A DNA stretch of 63,512 nt, counting the filler. It is 15 parts of 15 records of this genome, joined end to end, with 100 filler letters (N's around TTAATTAATTAA, not from the genome) between each part and the next. Parts side by side here need not be neighbours in the genome. Positions count along the whole stretch, not along the records: positions 1 to 3,215 come from SRR7504441_19601; positions 3,316 to 10,072 come from SRR7504441_19609; positions 10,173 to 13,535 come from SRR7504441_19642; 12 more parts are not named here. One strand, given 5' to 3'. Under the pieces are notes generated by a model. The model searched no databases. It was given only the letters and a program-made list of their open reading frames with translations, and was not told where the DNA came from. Within the stretch, counting starts at the first letter, position 1. The number at the start of each line of letters is the position of its first letter. Positions 1-12,046 of the stretch are shown piece after piece. Made by a program: the position numbers and the translations under genes.

Positions 1-3000
1 CTTGCCTGAAGTGCTGCCCCCTCTGCAGCATATATGATCATTGCGTTCATCGCGTGGGTTCTGGTGCTGATCCAGTCGTGTGTCTACCTTTCGTACACGT
101 TTGTGGTGCATTACTCTGAGCTGAGTAGTCCCCAGCAATGGTACTCTCTCTGCGCTGACGGTCCACTCAGTAGTCTGTGACAGGTGGATTCTGCTGCCAA
201 TTGCGATGGTGCTCCTCTTCTGGACCCGGCCAGGTCTGGTCGCGCTCCAGAATGGGTTTGACACCCCAGCGTTTGTGAGGGACATGGCCTCTGAGCAGAA
301 TTCTGTCGGGGCCAAGGTGTCACAAGCTTGCGTTATCTTCACATACATGTTGTATATGTTGCTTCAACACCGAACTGGATTTCATGTAGTGTATTACGAC
401 CATATGTCGAGTGGCTCTCGCACACGGCAACACTATCACTTCACGTTCTATCTTCCGGTCCTCTTAGTCTGCAGCATATACGCTTTCCTGTGGGGCGCTG
501 CGAACATCTATTGCGATATGGAAATGGCTGCAGCTATATTCGGAGGTATTTACTACATGGTGAAGCACGACGAGCCACTCGACAAAGAATGTGTTGGGTG
601 AGACATCCATACCCTCCCCTGAGCTGTGTCCAGCCAAGTTCTGATTTTTTCGCTTGCCGCAGCTATGTTGTCTCCCTGGACGTCTCTCTCGGTGCCACTT
701 TGCCTTAGCTAGATGGGTCAGGGCTAGGGTTAGGATGTGTCTGAGCTATTGTTTTGTTCTGTCTGCGTACGTGTACACGATTCAAAAGATTACTGCTATT
801 GACCTGCTGGGGGTCAGCAATTATGGTGCTGTTCATCTTATTCAGCCGACTTTTTATGAATGCGTACGAGGTTGAAGTCAAATATCAGCCTGTTGCATGC
901 AGCGAGCAGTCCATATTGAGCCGACTCTATTGCCGCAAAGAGGACACGGTGGCAACTGTGCGGAAGCCTAGCGAGCGAGAACAGCAGATGTTTTCTTACA
1001 ACCTCAATAAGCTACGGTGCCTCGCCTACCTGAGGGAATATCTGGCTTGCCTGCCTGCGGCTGAGTGTCTTAAAAGTGCTTGGTCGACAGGTATTTTACA
1101 CAGGTGCACTGGCTAAATTCAACCATTCGTCTCTTCCTGATGGCCCAAATTTACATATTTCTTGCCGTCATGCTCTTGCCGCAGGATGTGGAGCACCAGG
1201 CTCGATACGTGAATAATCAACCCCCTCCCTCACGGCGTATACTTCAAGTACCTCCCCCGAACAACAACAATCAGCCTGGACGGGCGGAACCAGCGTTCAA
1301 GGCAGTTCCTGATATTGCCACACTCGGCTATAACATCCTGGTCTGTGCTAGTACACTGGTGGTTACTGACGTTCTGACAGTTTACAGTGTGGTTTCTCTG
1401 GGAGAGTTTCTCATTCATGCCAGTGCTAGAGGAAAACGACTCGCAAAGAAAAGGCGCCAGGTTCATGTATGGTGAATTCGAAGCCCCACGGACCCTACAG
1501 GAGCCTGAAGGAAGCGAAGTCGAAGGAAGTCTTTCACCACGCCAAAGTGTGATGCTTTCACCACGCCAAAGTGTGATGTTGGAGGATGACGAACGCCATT
1601 CGATTGGAGTGCAAATGGATGAGGTTTTTATAGAAGATGGCTACCATTTCTACTCTTACAGCATCATGCTAGGCAACGAGGTGCATGCGTTTAGCAAGCG
1701 GTACAGTACATTCAAAGATATAGAGGCACGACTCAGAGCAGCCGGGTTAGACCTGCCATACCTCAAGGAGAAGCAAATCTGGGGCAACGCAGCCGGTGTC
1801 CAGATTCTGAAATGGCTGATCAAGTGTTTGGAGATGGCGCCGATAGCGCTGAGCCCTGCCTTTCAGCAGTCCCTGGGCATGCCAGTTGGGTTGGTCCAGG
1901 CACTCACCCGACTTAGCGAACAGCAGCTCAATCAGGGTGGTCTTGTTGCCAGTCTTGACTCGGATGTATCAGAGACGTTTGACTGTGGGCTGGGCTCGCT
2001 GCCTGTTCATTGGTCTCGCCGGTGGATCTGTAAGCACTTTTCCGGCAAGGCAACTAGTGGCGAGAATGAACTGCCTGGCGGATGGTTTTGTAGTGCTGGC
2101 TACACCATGAAGCTTCAAACAATGATCAAAGCGTTTAGCTTCTCCCGGATGATAGACTTGCACACCGAGGATACAGACATGATGTTCCGAGATAGGATAC
2201 TCAGGTCGCTGCTGAGCTCACCCTGTGGCTGCTGACCAGTCTGTCAGGTATATCCAATTCCTGAAGCAGGAGGTTCCAGAGAGGTTTCACTTGTTCGACT
2301 GTGAAGAGTCTGAGCTGAGTCTGATGTTTGATACATTTGTGAATCCTGTCTCCCAGACAGTTGGGGCAATTTTCAATCTCGAGAAACACCTTGTGGTGTC
2401 GTTCCGCGGCACCAAAGGTTATGAAAATGTAAAATCCGATTTGGCTTTCTGTCAAAAGACCGAAGCAGAGGCCCTGGCTGGAGTAGTCAAGGCAGCAAAT
2501 TTGCATGATGCCCTGGACAAGATGGCTGCTGAGGATTTGCTACGGTCCAGAAATGAGACAGAGCGAGATGCGGCTACACAGAGGATGGCTGCGATGGAGC
2601 AGGATATGAAAGGGATGCAGATTCACAAGGTGGGTAGCGGTGCACTGGTGGCTGTTGACTTTACCTGTGTAGGGATTTCATAGTGCTTTCGAGGCGATTT
2701 GGTATGACAATCCTGATGTTCGCTGGGGATCGCCTCAGCATGCGCACAATTCGTACCAGCAGGGAGTTGGAATGCGAGGCAGACTTTTGGAGTTGATTGA
2801 ACAGACAGGAAAACCACTCATGCTGGTGGGGCATTCTTTGGGTGGGGCGATCGCCTCAATAGCATGCCACGCTATGACATTAGAAGCATACTATTCTCAA
2901 TCCACCAACTCTGCGGTCAACAGGCTGCTAGCACGCAGGGACAATGCTGACGATTCGTTCAAGAAAGATACGCGCCTGTCGTTGTGGACATTTGGGTGTC

Positions 3001-3215
3001 CACGTGTGGGGAACGATCTCTTTGGGGAGTGCATCACAAGGCACGTCAAGGACATCTGGCGTGTGGTGATGGAATCAGACCCGGTGCGAAACTCTGCTTA
3101 GTCCTGCAAGCTTGAGTGTTATGATACTGCAGGTGGTCGACGTCCCCTCGTCAACCATTTGCTACATGAGCTTTGGCCTCAAATACAAGCATTTTGGCAC
3201 GATGGTGTTGCTGCT
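1..3215 (+). CDS. Multi-TM protein with PX-like domain and C-terminal class 3 lipase domain (partial at both ends, ~9 introns)
   Basis: Spliced frame gives hydrophobic helices, then YSYSIMLGNEVHAFSKRYSTF (PX-like), then VVSFRGT, IHKGFHSAF, VGHSLGGAIA, TFGCPRVGN and SDPVVDVP. GT-AG introns at e.g. 141-183, 1341-1380, 2205-2247, 2630-2672, 3084-3132. Confidence 0.8.
1531..1578 (+). repeat. Perfect 24-nt in-frame tandem duplication (LSPRQSVM x2)
   Basis: CTTTCACCACGCCAAAGTGTGATG occurs twice back to back. Confidence 0.95.
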
Positions 3216-3315
3216 NNNNNNNNNNNNNNNNNNNNNNNNNNNNNNNNNNNNNNNNNNNNTTAATTAATTAANNNNNNNNNNNNNNNNNNNNNNNNNNNNN
3301 NNNNNNNNNNNNNNN
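3216..3315. other. Artificial contig linker, first of 14. Others: 10073-10172, 13536-13635, 17597-17696, 23334-23433, 30576-30675, 34049-34148, 38185-38284, 41505-41604, 44800-44899, 47907-48006, 51990-52089, 55416-55515, 59930-60029
   Basis: Identical 100-nt N-run/TTAATTAATTAA/N-run with stops in all six frames; genes are cut at these points. Confidence 0.98.
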
Positions 3316-3972
3316 TGTTTCTCTAAATGGTAGCAACAGACTGTATGCCATACCCGACGAACCCGGGTCGGCCGGTTTCACGGATTTCTCTGCTGCAATG
3401 AGGGCTCTTGAGAGTGTTTCCACCGCTGAACCCGAGTTTACCACCCAGCGCCACCCGAAGTCGGCTAGTTCTCGCCGCGCAAGCTCGTCGAGCATCGTAT
3501 AATCCCATAAACTACATCAACCTATCTCCGGTCGCAATAATGCTTTTGATCAGCTTTTCCCGGGTCACTATTTGGGGAGGCCCGACGACGTTCAACAGCT
3601 TTGGGGAGAGAAAATGGACCCTGACCAGTTTTTCGCCGTCCGGATTGAAGGCATCATCGGGAGAAGGTAGCGCAGACTGGCCGTCGACACCCCTTAAAAG
3701 ATCGCCATTGCCTTATCCTCCGCCCGCCACAAACAATGTACAAACAATGTAGAGAAATCTTGAGGTCTTAATTCTATGTGTCTTTCATTGGGAGAGATCG
3801 GTTGGCTAACTATTGCGCAGGGATTCAACAGTTGACTAATGAGTGATCGAAGGGTCAGCTAAAAGATGGCTTGAACCAAATGGTTGCCATTGCTTTGATA
3901 CTAATTGAGATGTCTTAAATAGGTGCGAAGAATTGCAGGCAACTTGTGTCCACAGATCAGTGATGCCCGCAA

Positions 3973-6900
3973 TTAGTATCCTCCGTAACCGCCACCCATA
4001 CCGCCCATACCGCCCATGTTCATTCCACCCGACATCATGTTAACGCCGCCCGCTGCTCCCATGCCAGGCCCCATCAACGCCATTTGACCCATCCCCATGT
4101 CATACCCCATTGTGTTGGTGGGTGCAAGCTGGTTGAGATCTTCGGTCTTATCAGCCATCTTCTCTGTCTTACTCTCCAACTCAATCACCCGGGTTGTGTA
4201 CTCGCGTACAGTTTGCACCATGTATGGCAACGCAAAGTCCATCATCTCATAGCTGCAAACAACATGAGTTCTCTACCTGGGCAGAAAGCAAGCTCACCGA
4301 TACGCCAACTCAAGCACCACATCTGGCAGCAAGTAGTCATACATAGTATAGAGTGAGGCTCCAAAGCAATCATGGCGACCCTGCTCGACAAAGAACCGCA
4401 GCAGATCCTCACAGAGTTCAGTGCTCTGGGACTCAGCAGCAGTTTCCATAGCATCTCGGTACATCCCATCGGCCTTTGAGAGCTCCACCTGTTCCATATA
4501 GTGTGAACACAGAGGAAGAGAAGGCTGTGGGTACCGAGTTGGTGTGCTTGCCCTTCTTCTTGTACACAAAAGCAGCAAGGCGCCTGAACTCCACAAGCTC
4601 GTGCTTCTCGAGCTCCTGGGCCAGTTTTAACAGATCCACGTTGTCGTACGTCTCAACAGACTTGCGGACAGATTCATAATCTCCAGCTGTAACACACAAC
4701 ATCAGTGCATTGTAGGGTTAGGGGTGCAAAGGAGTGTAATTGCGCACCTGCCACGTAGATGTCGTGCAGCGCATCATTCACAGCTTGTAAGTTGTTGTGC
4801 TGCACTGCCTGCAGGTAGTCCTTAATCATTGGCAGATGGCCCTCCTTGATGACCAGCCGTGTCACACGCACATGATCCACCCTGGTGGTGATGGTGCCCA
4901 TGAGGTCGTTGATTTCGGTTGGCACAGTGTCCAGGTAGAACTTGATAGCCTTGTACAAGATCTCCGTGTTGGCAACCTTGGTGATGATGTCCTTGAAGAC
5001 AGCATGCTCAAACGCTTCAGGAGTGTGTTGGATCATGGTCATCACAGCGTTATCAAACTCTTCGTACTTCTGGTACAGCACGCGCAGCTCCAGCCAGTGC
5101 TGGTACTCCTCGCAGGCACGGATGAGCTTGGGGATGTTGATCTTTCCCCCGAAAATCTTGATATGGTTCATCAGTTTCTCATCCTTGAACTTAGCATACA
5201 AGATGCCGAGCTCAGTGTAGATGCCCATGTGGGCACGCTCAAGACCAGTGCCAGCTTCCATCAGCTCAATCAGCTCTTCAAAGTGGCCACCATGCTCATA
5301 CTTGCAGATCAGATCATCCAGCTCGTCTGCATGGACAATGATGTGCAGACCACAGACCTGAGCCAGCCGGAACTCCCCAGCATCGACACAGGCAAAGTTG
5401 ACCTCCTTCCAGGTGCGAGGGGACATGGCTTTCTTGGCAGCATCAACTGCAGCCTGGAATTCGCCGAGCATCACCCGGGCAGACGCGAGCCGGCCATAGT
5501 TGGAGATGTTCAGGAAGAGCAGCTTGGCAGCCTCGTACATGGCGGCATCAAAGCAACGGTCACCAACAACCTGGATCTGGGCAACGTTGGGAGAGTTGAT
5601 CAGCTCCTCGAGCTCACTCAGCTCGTTGTTCTTGGCAAGAGCGAACATGAGTTCGGTGTCAACCACGGGCTCCTTGTTGAGGCCGCCGTCAGTACGAGCC
5701 ATCTTGAGGTAAATCACCAGCTCCTCCCATGCCTCAGCAGCACTGGCCTGCTCGACCATGTTGGTGTAGTCCTGTGCATCCTTGGCCTTGCAGAAGGACT
5801 CCACAGCACCCTTGATGTTCATGGCCTGCATCTGGGCGCGACCAAGACGAGACCAGACATTCGGGTTGTCGATACGCTCAGCGTATTCGTAGGCACGGTC
5901 CAGGTCAGTCATCTGGGTGATGATCACATCAATACACTCTTGGTGCAGACCAAACTTGTTGTAAATGGTGAAAGCTTCCTCATACAGATCAGCACTAATT
6001 GCAATCAGTGCAATGTCCGGAGCATCGTACTTGTCCAAGCGGTTGATGTAGTCCATGACGCGAGTCTTGTCAGCCTTGATTGCAGTGAGAAGGAGAAGGT
6101 TCTGCAGGTTCGGATCCTCAGAGAACACCGAGTTCTGAATTACAATCTTCTCGAGCAGCTCAATCAGCTGCCCAGGCAGATCAGCAGCCATGAATGCACG
6201 TACAGTCTCTGAAACATCATCAGGGTTCTCTGTGGCAGGCAGAGCGGTGGAAATGACTTGATCAATCAGGTTTTGGCGGACAGGGTTCTCTGGGTCAAGC
6301 ACACGTGCCCACAGATCGGAGCTCTGGCGCTCGACCAGGTAGGATGCCTGGTGGCGGAAAAGGTTGTGCTTTGTGGTAACCTCGATCAACTCATCGTCAC
6401 ACTGGCCACGTTTGTAGCAAATGAACGCAAGGTACGGGTCCCGCTTCTCACAGTACACACCCACATCCTGCGAGTTGTAGAAAAGGTTCTCCGCAAGGAA
6501 CTTCTCGGGCTCGTTACCGGTGTCAACGTACACTTTCATCAGACCGTTGTGCACACCCACTTCCTGGTTGCCCTCAGAGATGACAGTCTCCAGCCACGGC
6601 TTGAGGATCTTGAGCCGGTTCCGCTTCTCCACTTCAGCGACGAGTTCTTCGCCATTGCAACGATTCCGGACAGCAGTGATGATCTGCTGGATCACATCCT
6701 CGGAGCAGTCGGCATCCAGCAGAGCTGCAGCAACCTTTGGCGCTGACATCGGGTTCATGTCAGTCACGTAGATCTGGATGAACTTGAGCATGTTGTTGGT
6801 GTACAGGTACTTGACCAACTCCTCAACCATGTCATGCTTGTCGCACACATTGATCAGAGGAAGCTGGTCCTGGAGCCGGGCCTCCATCAAGAAGTCGCGC

Positions 6901-9900
6901 ACTTCAATTGGGTCGTAGGCGCTGCTCTCACGAGTGATGCGCTCCACTTCCTTGATCTGTCCAAGCTTGCAACCAGCCTGGATGTACTTGAAGTGCACAT
7001 CAGCCTCCTGTGAGAAGTTGACAACAGCCTGCAGGTAGTAGAAGAGACCCTGAATGCAGTTGTACTGCTCGAACAGAGGGATGATGTTGGCAGCACCAAG
7101 GGCATCTGAGTACTTGGTTGCAATCTGGACACAGATCTGGGCATTGCCAGATGGGTTGGTTGCGAGCAGAGTCTTGAGGCATTCGAGCCCAAACTCAGCT
7201 GAGAGATTGCCAAAGTAGCCAATGAGCACCTCAGCAGGGATCATGTTGGTGTGGACAATCACTCGCTTCACGTCAGCAAGCTCGGTGTAGTGCTCGAGTG
7301 CGCGCTGGTACAGACCAGCCTGCTCACAGAGCCGGGCGATGTGAGGCCGGTCATAGTGGGAGAACATGTCATTCTCAAAGATAGCGTTGGCCACCTGCAT
7401 AACAGACAAGTGACGTGGGAGCATCACTCAAAGGGGCAGACGGGGATCCATCGAGAGTCAGATAAGGGTCATGTCGTTACAGCACTGCACTTTGTGCCTC
7501 AGATTGGCTGGGGTGACATGGTTTAAGCATCACACCAAGGCACAGAGATGCAGCCGGGTAATCAACACACCTGCGGAGCCATCTGCAGGTTGATCTCGAG
7601 CAGACGAGTCTGGAATGCAGCCTCTTCCGGCCGGTTGTTCTTGAGCACATCCAGCAGGAAAGAAGTTGTCTCTTGGACCAGGTTGCGCGACATGAACAGG
7701 TCGACCACTTGCCCAATGTCCACAAGCGAGCCTCCCTCGTTCTGGGCGAGCTTGAGGGCGAAGTCGAGCGCGCCCTGCTGTGAAATCATGACCATCTGCC
7801 TCAGGAACGTGATGTAGTCTGGCGTGTAGTCGGTCTTCTGAGCGTACAGGATCACCTTATCGTACTGGCCCGACTCCAGGAAGGCCGCCACCACCTATAT
7901 CTGGCTCAGCAGGCACAGCTACCGCGCCGGCGGCACCTTTGAGTGCGACTTGCCCTTGATGTAGATCTTCATGGCCCACTGGTTGTCGCTCGGCCGAATC
8001 ATGTCACCAAGCTCCTCCGAGCCTTCAAGCTTGTCGGCATCCCACCACTTCCGAAGCATGTCCAGCTTGCCCTAAACGCTCCCAGTCAGCAGCTGCAGCT
8101 GGGCCCGGGCCGCACCTGCGCCACTGCGGGCCGGGCGAGTTCGACAGTCTCTAGAGCGTTGAGCTTGCCATGCTCGAGAAGCGTCTGGAAGTACTGCAGG
8201 ATCGGCGAGGCACCGCCCTGAGCCGGCAGGCTCTGGAACTTGCGGATGGTCTCTGCAGTCCGGAGCACACCCATGGGTGACTCGGCAGCACACTGGGCAG
8301 CCTCCTTGAAGCGCTGCTGGCTGAACAGAGCATCAAACTGCAGCACAGCCTCAGGTTCGTGCTAGGCAAGCGATGACACCTGGCGCGAGAAGAGACCCTC
8401 AGCTCCGGGCAGATTGTTGCGCGAAGCAAACTTGACAGCGAGCTCGACATTGTTCAGGGTGTTGCAAATGTGGTTGACAATGTTGGCTTCGTCGATCGCG
8501 ATCTGCAGCACTTGCCCATTCCGGTTCACGCCGATCACGCCGCCGGAGTCGGTGTGGTTTGCGGTGACGAACAGCGCCGACTCGGAGATGCGCGACTGGA
8601 AGATCGGGGTAGCGGTGAGCAGGTCGTAGATGAACACGTAGCCCATCTTGGACAGCATGTAGATGGCAGTGTGCTTCTCAGAGACGGTGATCGAGGTGGG
8701 GAAATCGTTCGGGTCCTCCCACCGGATGGCACCGGCCACGCGCGGGAAGCTCGGGTTCTGGCCGCCCCCAACTTCGACCACTTGCACCTGGCTCTGCCCC
8801 TGCGCGGTCTTCTGTGCGAACGCAACCACAGTGACGGGGTTGGCGGCACCATCCGGCTTGGCCGTGGCGAAAGCAGAGCAGTGGCCCTCGAGCACGTTGG
8901 ACTTGGACCGGTCCTTGGAGTAGAGCTGCATGCAGCCATCCACCGAGCCAGTCGGGCCCTTCTTGATACCGTAGACTGACATCCACTTCTCATCGGGAGA
9001 AATCTGCCAGCACAGGCTCGCCACCGAGCATCGCACGCTGCCACCTTGTAGCCAAGGATGTGCGCACCGCTCAGCTTCTCATCGCGATCAAACACCTTTG
9101 CGGGTTTGCCCTCGCCTTCGATGCCCCAGTGGTACACAGAAGTGTTGGTCACGAGAGCGATCGTGGCCGGGGTTATCCAGCGCCAGAAGACCACCTACAC
9201 AAAGCCCAGCAAGTGAGGCTTTCTGCGCGCATCACCAGCCATCGGGATCCAGCAGTCACACCCAGCAGTTATCAGTTGCTAAGCCTCCCCCCAGTCGCGG
9301 TGGCAGAGTGGCACGAGAGCGCAGACAAGGGAGTCGGGCAAGGGGACCTTGTCGTTGTCGGCAATGGTGTGGTGCTTCATCCGGACCTTGACCTTCAGGT
9401 TGAAGATCTGAAGCACTTGGCCCGAGTTGGTCTCGGCTGCGGCAGCCGGGGGTGAGTCTGGCCCCAAGGTTGCGACGCACCCTTAAGCGCAATGATCTCT
9501 GTCATCGGATTGAGGATGGCTGAGTCTGCGTTGATGCCGTGAGTCTCTGGGGGAGCCGGGTTGGTCAGGTCGACGATCGAGATCTTCACTTGCTTCGAGC
9601 CAGCAGCCTCCTGTCGGACACAAACGTGCTTGTCGGACTCCATCGTGAGCGAGTTCCATGTCATGAAGCTCTGGTCGATGCCGAGCGCCGTCAGCTGCAT
9701 CACACAACGCGCTCGGTCAGATCGGCCCCGCATAAACCAGCTAGAGCGCGCGCTCGCGATCTGCTCGGGTTCGACCGGCAGCGGCTACGCAAGCCCGGCA
9801 CTATGGGAGAATATGATGACGCATCCAGTCACGCTGGATGGCCGGGGGTGGCGAATAAAGGCCCAGATGGGCACCCGGTCCGGTGGGGACGGGGGTGTTA

Positions 9901-9940
9901 CCTGGGCGACCTCGCTGAACTTCACCGGAAGCGAAGCCAT
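3973..9940 (-). CDS. CLTC: Clathrin heavy chain, complete, 11 introns
   Basis: MASLPVKFSEVAQ|LTALGI...TMESDKHVCVR, ADSAILNP, LERAHMGIYTELGILY, MDFALPY. Introns 9901-9695, 9480-9437, 9347-9195, 9044-9004, 8379-8338, 8115-8072, 7936-7895, 7570-7395, 4747-4687, 4534-4489 and 4297-4253 all keep the frame. Confidence 0.98.
7458..7533 (-). ncRNA. Candidate intronic C/D-box snoRNA in clathrin intron 8
   Basis: 76-nt span with C-like GTGATGC, internal CTGA and terminal CTGA about 60 nt before the 3' splice site. CCCCAGCCAA is antisense to LSU rRNA UUGGCUGGGG. C box and terminal stem are imperfect. Confidence 0.3.
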
Positions 9941-10172
9941 CGTACTCGGCTGGCTCTCAACGTTGCTTGATCAAGCTTCCGTTGACGGCAACGGCAAATT
10001 AATGAAAAAGGGCATGGCACTGAGGCAGCCGCCAGTGTGACGCTTAGTTAGTTAGTTAGTTACCGAGCATTTNNNNNNNNNNNNNNNNNNNNNNNNNNNN
10101 NNNNNNNNNNNNNNNNTTAATTAATTAANNNNNNNNNNNNNNNNNNNNNNNNNNNNNNNNNNNNNNNNNNNN

Positions 10173-10878
10173 TTCTTGCTCTTCTTCTTCTTCTTCTTCT
10201 TGCTGCTCTTCTTCTTTTTACGAACTGCCGCACACCCGTCGTTCAGCCCACCAGTCGCCCTCTGTGCTGCACCTGGAGACTCGCTCCTCGAGCTCCTCGA
10301 AGCCGATCTCTTCCTGCTCGCCGCCGGCTCCCCAGTCGGAGCCGGTGAGCTGCCGCGCGGTGAGCTGGCCGCGCCGCCCGGCTGCGCACCCGCCCCGAGT
10401 GGGCGACGGCGAATCCTCGAAGTCCACCCGTTCGTCCTCGTCTACCGGCTGCGGCCGCTCGTATAAAGGCGGCTGCGGGTCACCTCCGCAGGCTGGCGGC
10501 CAAACTCGTCGACGTTAGGGTTATACTTTGGCTTGCGCGGCGAATCGTCCCGCCGGACGTACGGCGAGCGGCTCCTGCTCGGAGAGTTGGCCCACAGCCC
10601 CGGGGCCAGCGGGGCAGCCTCGCGGTCCTCACGTCGACTGGCCCAGCAGCTCGGCCCACCACGGGCCGGCCGGGGGTACCGTTTGTAGAACTCATCGCGG
10701 GCTGCCTCATCCTGAGGCGGCAGCTCCCGCCGGTCGTCGCGCCGGTTGTCTCGCGAGCTGTGGAACCACCCTCAGTGCCCGCCCAGCGCCCTGCAGCGCA
10801 CCCCCGCCCGCGGAAACTGTCCGGCGCGCGGCCGGGCGACCGACGGCCGCGGGAGCGCGATCGCGACCGGGACCTCAT
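10173..10878 (-). CDS. NKAP-like RS/K-rich nuclear protein (3' truncated)
   Basis: Spliced MRSRSRSRSRGRRSP...DEFYKRRREDREAAPLAPGLWANSPSRSRSP, then KKKKSSKKKKKKSK at the contig edge. Confidence 0.6.
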
Positions 10879-10987
10879 CCCTGCGGCGCTGCGGTGCAGG
10901 TCACCCCCTCGACCCGCGTTGCTTCCCGAGGAATCTGCACACCTCCGGTCGAACCCGTGCCTCGCTGCACCCTCGCCGTTATCAAGC

Positions 10988-11765
10988 ATGGTGCGATATG
11001 GGGACGGGCAGCTCCCGGACGGTGAAGAGGCCCGCGGGGCTGAGTCACCAGGGTGTGGGGTGCGCAGGGGCTCCGATGGACGGCTTCTCAGCTGTGCTCA
11101 ACCAGCCTTTGCTCAACGCCCGATGGAGCCCGGCGTTCCAGGCATGCCCGCCGGCCAGTGGCCCGCCAACCGGCGCAGATCCCCGAAGCGGGCCGAGTCA
11201 CCCTGCGGGACACTCAGCAGCAGTCGCTCAACCTGAGCGCCCGGTCGCTGGCCTGGAAGCAGGAGCTCTCCAACAACAAGGCCCGCCCCTCCCCCGTCTG
11301 GCGCGCCGACTGCCTCAACAGGCCGCGATGTACGATTCTATGGCCAAGCAGGCGCTCTACCGGAGCGTGCAGCATCAGCAGTTGCCGGCTGAGGCGCGTC
11401 AAGGTGCGCCCGAGCCGGCTGGCCCGCCCGACCCTGGGGCAGATGTACTGAGCCTACTAGTGGCCAAACAGCGGGCGCGCATCCAGGCCCGCAAGGCAGG
11501 GAGGCGGATCGATAATGTGGAGGATCGGCGGATCGACAGCCTGCGTGGGTCGTGGAATGGACCGGCGGCCGATCGACCTGTGGGCCGGAACCCTCAAGGT
11601 GGGCGGTGGGCGGGCCTGCAGCGTGAGGCGTGTGCTGCAGGATTCAAGAGCGTTGTGTGGAGCGAAGTCCCGGCCGAGAGGCTGCACGCGGTGCGCAACT
11701 ACAGTGCATCCACCCGGGACCACGCGGGGACGCATGTGCGCGGGGGCTACCTTAAGATCGAGTGA
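10988..11765 (+). CDS. Hypothetical protein, one intron near 5' end
   Basis: MVRYGDGQLPDG|APMDGFSAVLNQ...GGYLKIE; head-to-head with the NKAP-like gene. Confidence 0.55.
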
Positions 11766-12046
11766 GTGGTCGGAATTCGTCAGCGAACAAAGACCTGACA
11801 CCTGAAAGATCGACAATCTGAACCTTGTGTCTCGACATGTATGGTTTAAATATTAGGCTTAGCAAGAATAAAACTTTTAGAAGCACACGTGAACGCGCTA
11901 ATGCTACATCGATGCCCCCCCCTCTAGAGCCCCGGTCAGTTTATATTGCGTCAATCAGTTTCGACCCGGCATGCCGTTGGGAAAGCACTACACACGACAA
12001 CAACGCGCAGTGCGTGCCTCTGCCACACGAGAGACGATCCTTGGAG

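Noticed and set aside
2702-2762. Apparent GTATGA...CAG intron in the lipase gene
   Set aside because: Phases are incompatible and the stretch reads through in frame. Its similarity to 2843-2867 is noted but unproven.
3260-3271. Recurrent TTAATTAATTAA motif as a biological repeat or CRISPR-like element
   Set aside because: Always centred in a 100-nt N block; it is a six-frame-stop assembly linker.
3316-3760. Possible gene or transposon fragment at the contig edge
   Set aside because: Only short interrupted frames, no recognisable domain or termini.
4797-6212. Long antisense ORFs (471 aa opposite clathrin, and many other overlapping ORFs)
   Set aside because: Expected shadows of GC-rich codon usage; no recognisable protein features.
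3973-9940. Stop-codon reassignment or frameshifting to explain fragmented ORFs
   Set aside because: Short GT/GC-AG introns resolve the breaks in conserved genes; TAA, TAG and TGA all end genes.
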